A stretch of 64,000 nt of DNA from Flavobacteriales bacterium (GTDB lineage Bacteria; Bacteroidota; Bacteroidia; Flavobacteriales; BACL11), in the NCBI GenBank assembly GCA_002712715.1, contig PAUF01000007.1, positions 310,403 through 374,402 on the forward strand, in the 5' to 3' direction. Shown here piece by piece: positions 41,157 through 47,844 of the stretch. The notes under the pieces are model-generated. The model searched no databases. It was not told where the DNA came from and saw nothing but the letters and a program-made list of their open reading frames with translations. The translations under genes and the position numbers were made by a program. Position 1 is the first letter of the stretch; the number at the start of each line of letters is the position of its first letter.

Positions 41157-41832
41157 TTCTTATTTCAATTCCACTAAAATAGGCTTTTACAAAATTTCTT
41201 TTGATCTTAATACATTTTTTTTTACGAATCAAATAATAGTTATTGTTTGCAATACTAATATTTCTTTTTGGTGATGGAGATATTGTATATGGAAACATAA
41301 ATCGGAGTTGTTTCCAAATTGAAATACCAGCATTTATACAAACTTTTGCAACAAACCTTGAACAATTTGTTCCATTAATCACGAAAGGTCCATATGGAAT
41401 TGCTCCAATACTTTGATATTTTTTAGCTTCCGCATATGCAGATTTAAAATTTATCTTGCTTAGAACTGATGCATATAAAGCTCCTTTAGCGTGATATGAT
41501 TTTTTTAGGGAAACTTCTATAAGTATTTCATCTATATTTTGAATATTTTTTTTAGATATTACAGCTTTAGTTTTAATATCTGTGTCAGGATCAGTATAAT
41601 GATCTCTTACTCTTCCATATCCAATAGGGGTATGGTACCTTCCAAAATCAAAGTAATGTACTTTTCCATTATCAGAATTAATAATTGCTAAAGCGGCGTG
41701 ACCAACTCGGTATTTTCCGTTTTTAGATGCGATAAAATCATACCAAGCTCCAGCCGCAGTAGTCATGCCTTCAGGCCATGCTAAAACAATCAAATAGTCT
41801 TTATTTTGGATATTAATTTTTGTTGTCTGCAA
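41143..41832 (-). CDS. hypothetical protein, candidate permuted NlpC/P60-LRAT-like thiol enzyme
   Basis: 229 aa. VGHAALAI (H45) and KVHYFDF (H59) are followed 112 residues after H45 by GTNCSRFV (C157). This has the same order and form as the H...NCEHF motifs of LRAT/HRASLS proteins. Confidence 0.45.
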   Translation of the reverse strand: MQTTKINIQNKDYLIVLAWPEGMTTAAGAWYDFIASKNGKYRVGHAALAIINSDNGKVHYFDFGRYHTPIGYGRVRDHYTDPDTDIKTKAVISKKNIQNIDEILIEVSLKKSYHAKGALYASVLSKINFKSAYAEAKKYQSIGAIPYGPFVINGTNCSRFVAKVCINAGISIWKQLRFMFPYTISPSPKRNISIANNNYYLIRKKKCIKIKRNFVKAYFSGIEIRNEET

Positions 41833-43183
41833 AGTTTTCTAGGTATTTAAAAAAGTTGAGGATATCTTCTTTGTCATTTTCTCTATTCACACATACCATT
41901 CTTATAAATACATTTCCATTGCATTCTCCATATCCAACCATAAGTATATTATTTTTATATAGATTAGTACAGATCTGAATTGGATCATAATCTTTATAAT
42001 TAAAACAGATCGACAAGCTATTTTTTTTGCTAAATAATGTATAGTTGGTATTATTTTTCACATAATCATAAGCAATGTTAGCTAAATAATAATTATGATC
42101 TATTTTATAAGATAGTCCTTCTGTTCCAATTGATTTCCAAAGAGTCCAGAATTTTAGAGAGTTATTTCTTCTTCCACATTCAAATGAGGACTTTCCCAGA
42201 TTATATTCATCAGAATCTGTCTGGTATAGATATTCTGCTTCATTCTGGAATGAATAATGTAAATGATTTTTCTCTCTAACTACAAATATAGATGATGATA
42301 AAGGAGCTCCTAATGTTTTGTGAGCATTGAAGCAAAACGAATCTGATTTCTCTATACCCTTATTTAGATTATTATATTTTTTTGAGAAAATAGTCGCTCC
42401 TCCGTAGGCTCCATCTACATGCATCCATAAAGAATATTTCTGACATATTGATGAAATATCATTTAGTGGATCAATTGCCCCCATTACTGTAGTGCCCATT
42501 GTTGCATTAATAAGAAAAGGAACATGACCATTTTTTATATCTTTTTTAATCGCTATCTCTAGATCTTTAGTAATCATTTCTCCGAAATGATTTGTATTAA
42601 TATACCTTACATTATCCTTCCCTATTCCAGTAAAAGAGGCGTTTTTGCTAATAGAATAATGAGAATTATCAGAAGTATAACATATTAATTTGTCAGATAT
42701 TCCTTTATGTTTTATTGATTTAATTTTCTTGTCTCTTGCTAAAACCATTGACATAAAGTTACTCATACTTCCGCCAGTAGGAATAGTTCCCCCTGAATTA
42801 GATGGGTAATTTATTATCTTGCATACATTTTTAATTATTTCTTTTTCTATGAGAATCATAGGTCCAGCAATTTTATATGTTGACATGCTATTATTTAAAA
42901 TAACAGCTAATAAATCACCTAGCATAGCTTTACTGTCTATTCCTCCAAATAATTGATTGAAAAAAAGGTTGGTAGATGTTTTAGGGGTGTATGATATTAT
43001 TTTTTTTAAATATTCTACTAATTTCTTGTCTGAAATCTCATTCTCGTTTAGTTCAATATTGAAATTTGTCAATACTTTTTCAGCTTCAATATATTTGGAA
43101 ACACCCATTTTTTTTGAGGAATCAATTAAATATTTTGCTAGCTGATTAAATGTGTTTAGGTCGTCAGAGATTTTTTTTGACAT
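41813..43183 (-). CDS. group II PLP-dependent decarboxylase, GAD/CSAD-like
   Basis: Collinear with animal GAD/CSAD: FFNQLFGG, GGSMSNF, VPFLINATMGTTVMGAIDPL, WMHVDGAYGG, NAHK (PLP Lys289) and CGRRNNSLKFW. Confidence 0.85.
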   Translation of the reverse strand: MSKKISDDLNTFNQLAKYLIDSSKKMGVSKYIEAEKVLTNFNIELNENEISDKKLVEYLKKIISYTPKTSTNLFFNQLFGGIDSKAMLGDLLAVILNNSMSTYKIAGPMILIEKEIIKNVCKIINYPSNSGGTIPTGGSMSNFMSMVLARDKKIKSIKHKGISDKLICYTSDNSHYSISKNASFTGIGKDNVRYINTNHFGEMITKDLEIAIKKDIKNGHVPFLINATMGTTVMGAIDPLNDISSICQKYSLWMHVDGAYGGATIFSKKYNNLNKGIEKSDSFCFNAHKTLGAPLSSSIFVVREKNHLHYSFQNEAEYLYQTDSDEYNLGKSSFECGRRNNSLKFWTLWKSIGTEGLSYKIDHNYYLANIAYDYVKNNTNYTLFSKKNSLSICFNYKDYDPIQICTNLYKNNILMVGYGECNGNVFIRMVCVNRENDKEDILNFFKYLENFADNKN

Positions 43184-43289
43184 TCTTTTTTTTGCTAAAT
43201 TACATAATATGTATTAAATCTTTTCAAAAATCAAATATCTTATTAAAATCTCTATAAAATAAAAATTTATCATTTCATTAGATATTTAT

Positions 43290-43297
43290 TATATTTG
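43290..43297 (+). promoter_or_regulatory. Bacteroidota -7 box TATATTTG upstream of the CotH-like gene
   Basis: Perfect TAnnTTTG, 36 nt upstream of the ATG at 43333. Confidence 0.45.
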
Positions 43298-43332
43298 CTT
43301 ATAAATAAAATATTAGATTGAATTCTCTGTAA

Positions 43333-46300
43333 ATGTTTAAAAATTTATTAACTTATATATTTGTTTTAGTTTTTTTTACTTCTGAATCACAGTTGTATAT
43401 TAATGAGTATTCCGCTGCAAATTATGATACTTATCAAGATAATTATGGTGAATATGAAGATTGGATTGAGATATATAATGCATCAGCTAATCCAATTGAT
43501 TTAAATGGTTATTATATAACTGATAAAACAAATAATCCTACAAAGTGGCAATTTCCTTCTTCTTTTATAATTCCAGCTAATAGTGTAGGAATTGTATTTT
43601 GCTCTGGGAGAGATGAGTTAAACGCAGGATTTGCCCACACAAATTTTAAAATAACTCAGACCAAAGATAATGAAACAATAATGATTTCTGATCCTATTTC
43701 CACATATGTAGATTCTGTTGTTGTTGTCCCTAATATAAAGTCCCACTCTAGAGGAAGAGAATTTGATGGCAGCCCTTCTTGGTCAGTTTTTTTAAATGCT
43801 ACACCAGGAATTTCCAATACAGGAGCATTCCAGGAATACGCGGCTACGCCAGTATTTTCACTGCCTTCTGGTTATTATAGTGGATCTGCTCAAATAATTA
43901 TTACAAATCCTGACCCAAATATTACTATATATTATACTACTGATGGCAGTACGCCAGATAATACATCTAATCAATATACAACACCTTTAACTATAAATCA
44001 AACTACAGTTTTAAAAGCAGTTGCATATAGTTCTAATAATAATATACCAGCTTCATTTATTGAGTATTGTACATATTTTATTGATGACATGCATTCGATT
44101 CCTATTTTATCTATTTCTGGTGATGATGTTCTGGATTTGCTAGATGGAGGATGGGGAAGTACAAGTCTTGAACCTGAAGGAACTATTGAATGGTTTGATA
44201 AAGATGGTAATCTATTGGACAAAGGTTCTGGAGAATTTAACAAACATGGTAATGATTCATGGGCATACGATCAGCGAGGATTTGATTATATAATGAGAGA
44301 TCAATATGGATACAATCATGAGTTACAAGACGAAATGTTTATGACAAAAAATAGGGATGGATTTCAGAGGATAATAGTTAAAGCCGCAGCTAATGACAAT
44401 TATCCTTTCGCATTTGGAGGATCAGGAGCTCATATAAGGGACGCTTATGTACATCATCTTTCTCAATTGGCGGATTTACGTATGGATGAAAGGTCTACTA
44501 CTTCTTGTATTCTTTATTTAGATGGAGACTATTGGGGTGTATATGAAATGAGAGAAAAAGTAGATGATCATGACTTTACTGATTATTACTATGACCAAGA
44601 TAAAAATAATTTACAGTTTTTAAAAACATGGGGTGGTACTTGGATCGAATATGGAGGCCCTCAATCTCAAACAGATTGGGACAATTTAGTAAATTATATT
44701 ACTTCAAATCCAATGAATGTTCAGGCAAATTATGAGATAGTGAAAGATCAGTTTAACACTGGAAGTTTAATAGATTACTTTTTGTTAAATTCATATGTTG
44801 TTTGTGCTGATTGGTTAAATTGGAATACTGCTTGGTGGAGAGGAATGGATCCTAACGGTGATAAGAAAAAGTGGAGATATACATTATGGGATATGGACAA
44901 TACTTTTGATCATGGTACTAACTATACAGGTATACCAACTCAATCAGTAAATGCAGATCCTTGTGATCCTAGTAGTTTAAATGATCCTGGAAATCAAGGT
45001 CATATACCAATTTGGAACTCTCTTTTGAATAATGATGAGTTCTTTGATGATTATTTAAATAGATGGCAAGATTTAGCAAATGGATCTTTATCATGTCAAA
45101 ACATGGTAGATTTATTGGACAGTATGGTCGCAGTTATTGATCCAGAAATGCCTAGGCAGATTTCTACTTGGGGAGGTAATTATAATACATGGCTATCTAA
45201 TGTTCAAGATCTTAGAAATTTCATTTCTGCTAGATGTAGCACCATGAATGTAGGATTTATTCCATGTTATCCATCATTATCTGGTCCGTTTAATGTTAAT
45301 GTTGAAATCATTGGAGTAGGAGAAGTTGAAATGAGTGATAATAACATGATTAATGATGGTAATACCCCAGAGAATTTTTCTAGATTTGGAGGAGTTTCAT
45401 TACCTTTTGAAGTTAAATCTGGAACATTTCAGAACTGGGAGGTGATTCCATCAGGGGCTTATGTTTATGATCCATTAGTTGATACTTTAGTTCTGGATCT
45501 TCAAGGTGATGTTACTATTATAGCTAATTTTATTCCACCAACGCCTACTAGGGACATAGTTTATACTATAGAACCTTTGGGAACAAGTACCACCATTGAT
45601 GTTAATGGAGTTAATATAAATACATTTCCTACAACTATCAATTACACAATTGGTGATACGGTAATAGTTGAGCCACAAATTGATCCACTTTATGGTTTTA
45701 GTTTTTGGGAAACAGATAGCGTAGTTATGATGCCTCTGAATACTAATCCAATTGATTCTTTTTATGTGAATTATCATGATACTGTTAAGTTACATGTTTA
45801 TGAGCTACCTACTATAGAAGCTTTTATTTCTGGAAATGATACCTTATGTGAGAATGAAAATAAAGATGCTGAAATTAGGGTATTTTTTAGTGGTATCTCT
45901 CCATATACATTTAATTATTCAGTTAATGGTATAATTCAAAATTTTATTACTACTTCAGTGAATCCATATATTATTAATACTGGTGAAGCTGGCTTCTATG
46001 AGTTAGTATCTTTTTCTGATGCTTTAGAAGTTGGAGGAGTAAGTGGGCAAGCTGTAGTAGTTGTTAAGGAATCACCAGTTGCTAACTTTCATCTAACTAC
46101 AGGGGATACATTAAGTATTATAAATACGTCAACTAATATAGTAGATAACTCTCTGGGTAATATTCTATTATGGCAATGGGATTTTGGAGATAACTCGCCT
46201 TATGATTTTTCTCAGAATCCTTATCATACTTATGAAAATATACCTGCATCATATACTATTTCTTTAATAGTAATAAATGAAGATAATTGTAGAGATACTA

Positions 46301-46629
46301 CATTTCGTAATATTATAGTAAAAGATAAGTATTGGATATATGTGCCTAATTCATTTACTCCTGACAATGATCAAATTAATGATATTTTCTGTTTGAACTA
46401 TAATGGCATTCGTGAATCAACATTTTCTTTTAAAGTATATGATAGATTTAGTAATTTAGTCTATCAAACAGAATCGATAAGTGATTTAAGTTGTGAAAAT
46501 GGCTGGGATGGCACTAACAAAGATTCTAACAAAGATTTGCCTTCTGCGGTATATATTTATGAAGTTTCATATAAGGATTTTGATGGATGGAAACATCAAG
46601 ATTTTGGAACGATATTCATTATTAGGTAA
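43333..46629 (+). CDS. CotH kinase-family protein with lamin-tail domain, Fn3-associated domain, PKD domain and T9SS type B C-terminal sorting domain
   Basis: Signal peptide. LTD: LYINEYSAANYD...WIEIYNAS...LNGYYITD. Chitobiase-C/Fn3_assoc: ITIYYTTDGSTPD. CotH core: IVKAAANDNYPF...ILYLDGDYWGVYEMREKV. PKD: WQWDFGDNS. C-terminus: YVPNSFTPDNDQINDIF...WDGTNK...GTIFIIR. Confidence 0.8.
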   Translation: MFKNLLTYIFVLVFFTSESQLYINEYSAANYDTYQDNYGEYEDWIEIYNASANPIDLNGYYITDKTNNPTKWQFPSSFIIPANSVGIVFCSGRDELNAGFAHTNFKITQTKDNETIMISDPISTYVDSVVVVPNIKSHSRGREFDGSPSWSVFLNATPGISNTGAFQEYAATPVFSLPSGYYSGSAQIIITNPDPNITIYYTTDGSTPDNTSNQYTTPLTINQTTVLKAVAYSSNNNIPASFIEYCTYFIDDMHSIPILSISGDDVLDLLDGGWGSTSLEPEGTIEWFDKDGNLLDKGSGEFNKHGNDSWAYDQRGFDYIMRDQYGYNHELQDEMFMTKNRDGFQRIIVKAAANDNYPFAFGGSGAHIRDAYVHHLSQLADLRMDERSTTSCILYLDGDYWGVYEMREKVDDHDFTDYYYDQDKNNLQFLKTWGGTWIEYGGPQSQTDWDNLVNYITSNPMNVQANYEIVKDQFNTGSLIDYFLLNSYVVCADWLNWNTAWWRGMDPNGDKKKWRYTLWDMDNTFDHGTNYTGIPTQSVNADPCDPSSLNDPGNQGHIPIWNSLLNNDEFFDDYLNRWQDLANGSLSCQNMVDLLDSMVAVIDPEMPRQISTWGGNYNTWLSNVQDLRNFISARCSTMNVGFIPCYPSLSGPFNVNVEIIGVGEVEMSDNNMINDGNTPENFSRFGGVSLPFEVKSGTFQNWEVIPSGAYVYDPLVDTLVLDLQGDVTIIANFIPPTPTRDIVYTIEPLGTSTTIDVNGVNINTFPTTINYTIGDTVIVEPQIDPLYGFSFWETDSVVMMPLNTNPIDSFYVNYHDTVKLHVYELPTIEAFISGNDTLCENENKDAEIRVFFSGISPYTFNYSVNGIIQNFITTSVNPYIINTGEAGFYELVSFSDALEVGGVSGQAVVVVKESPVANFHLTTGDTLSIINTSTNIVDNSLGNILLWQWDFGDNSPYDFSQNPYHTYENIPASYTISLIVINEDNCRDTTFRNIIVKDKYWIYVPNSFTPDNDQINDIFCLNYNGIRESTFSFKVYDRFSNLVYQTESISDLSCENGWDGTNKDSNKDLPSAVYIYEVSYKDFDGWKHQDFGTIFIIR

Positions 46630-46652
46630 AATTTTAAAATAATTATATAATA

Positions 46653-47171
46653 ATGGTATTGTACACTATTTTAACAAATTTAATATCTTTCCTGTATTTA
46701 ATATCATGTATTTTCTATTTTATTAATTTGCAGCAAGCCTTGACATTGTGTGATAAGAAAAATAGGAATTTGGATCCTGGTCTAGTTTGGCTTTCTTTAA
46801 TTCCTTTTTTTAATTGGGTTTGGAATTGGATAATTCTATTTCGCGTTAAAAAAAGTCTAATGAATGAGTTTAATAGTAGAGGTTTAGAAATAAAAATTGT
46901 TAGAGATGCTTTTGTAGTTGGATTAGCTGAAATGATTTTATTGACATCTAATATTATTATTTCAATTATATATTTTTTTATTCTTATTGTAGATATGATT
47001 CAGATGTTATTGGAAAATAACGCAGAATATTTTAACACTTATAATAATTCCATATTTGAATCTCCTACAGCTATGGATATTTTGATACAAATTGTTTTTT
47101 TGTGTCAAATTATATTTTATATTTTTTATTGGATTAGAATATATAGATGTCGATTAGTTTTATCTAAATAA
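46653..47171 (+). CDS. hypothetical integral membrane protein
   Basis: 172 aa with four hydrophobic helices. No family recognised. Confidence 0.5.
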   Translation: MVLYTILTNLISFLYLISCIFYFINLQQALTLCDKKNRNLDPGLVWLSLIPFFNWVWNWIILFRVKKSLMNEFNSRGLEIKIVRDAFVVGLAEMILLTSNIIISIIYFFILIVDMIQMLLENNAEYFNTYNNSIFESPTAMDILIQIVFLCQIIFYIFYWIRIYRCRLVLSK

Positions 47172-47285
47172 TTTATTCAATTATTATTGTAATTTTCTGT
47201 ACATATGTAGGTGCTGAATACGCTTTCTATCTTGATCATTAGACACTCGATTTTTTTCAGAGTAATTCCAAGTATTTCCATTTTT

Positions 47286-47492
47286 TTAGTTTTCTAAAAA
47301 TATTTCTACTGCTGGTCTTTTAGTGTCATTATTTAATTCAAATCTTTTATCTCCAACTTTTAACTTAATCAATGATGCAACTCCAATATTCTCATTAGGA
47401 TTTCCAATAGTTTTAGCGCTTGTCATTTGCAACCATCCTCTAAGCAATAAAACTAAATCTTCTCGTGAAGTAAGACAGTTGTTCCAAGTCAT
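47286..47492 (-). CDS. small hypothetical ORF (possibly a gene remnant)
   Basis: A 68-aa ORF with no recognisable motif, in a 450-nt otherwise non-coding gap next to tRNA genes. Coding status is uncertain. Confidence 0.25.
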   Translation of the reverse strand: MTWNNCLTSREDLVLLLRGWLQMTSAKTIGNPNENIGVASLIKLKVGDKRFELNNDTKRPAVEIFLEN

Positions 47493-47582
47493 TGGAATTA
47501 TATTAACCCATTAAGTATTTCTCTAATAATTCTTTCATATTAATAATATCTATCAGTGATTGTTTTTAGTTTGTGCTAAAGT

Positions 47583-47614
47583 AAAAAAAAACCGTAGAAT
47601 ATATATTCTACGGT
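47583..47614 (-). terminator. rho-independent terminator after tRNA-Leu
   Basis: 10-bp perfect stem accgtagaat/attctacggt with a 4-nt loop. On the minus strand it is followed by a run of T. Confidence 0.8.
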
Positions 47615-47619
47615 TTGAG

Positions 47620-47705
47620 TACCCGGGACGGGACTTGAACCCGTACGGACATTACTGTCCATTGGATTTTAAGTCCAACGTGTCTACCAATTCCACCACC
47701 CGGGC
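47620..47705 (-). tRNA. tRNA-Leu (anticodon UAA)
   Basis: Minus-strand sequence GCCCGGGTGGTGGAATTGGTAGACAC...CTTAAAA anticodon loop...long variable arm...GGTTCAAGTCCCGTCCCGGGTA. Type II tRNA with no encoded CCA. Confidence 0.9.
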
Positions 47706-47721
47706 AAAATCTTCTTTTTAG

Positions 47722-47793
47722 AGCGAGTGATGGGATTTGAACCCACGACCCTCACCTTGGCAAGGTGATGCTCTACCCCTGAGCTACACTCGC
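47722..47793 (-). tRNA. tRNA-Gly (anticodon GCC)
   Basis: Minus-strand sequence GCGAGTGTAGCTCAGGGGTAGAGCATCACCTTGCCAAGGTGAGGGTCGTGGGTTCAAATCCCATCACTCGCT. Cloverleaf with anticodon loop TTGCCAA. Confidence 0.92.
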
Positions 47794-47844
47794 ATAAATA
47801 AGACAGCAAATTTAACTAAATAATCAATAATTCAAAGTTATTTT

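Noticed and set aside
43998-45777. Minus-strand ORFs 43998-44243 and 45487-45777
   Set aside because: Both are antisense inside the CotH-family gene, whose multi-domain reading frame is continuous and motif-supported.
47172-47800. Integrated mobile element or genomic island at the tRNA-Leu/tRNA-Gly locus
   Set aside because: No integrase, transposase or phage gene, and no detectable direct repeat of the tRNA 3' end. Only a short unassignable ORF is present, so it is kept as a low-interest note.
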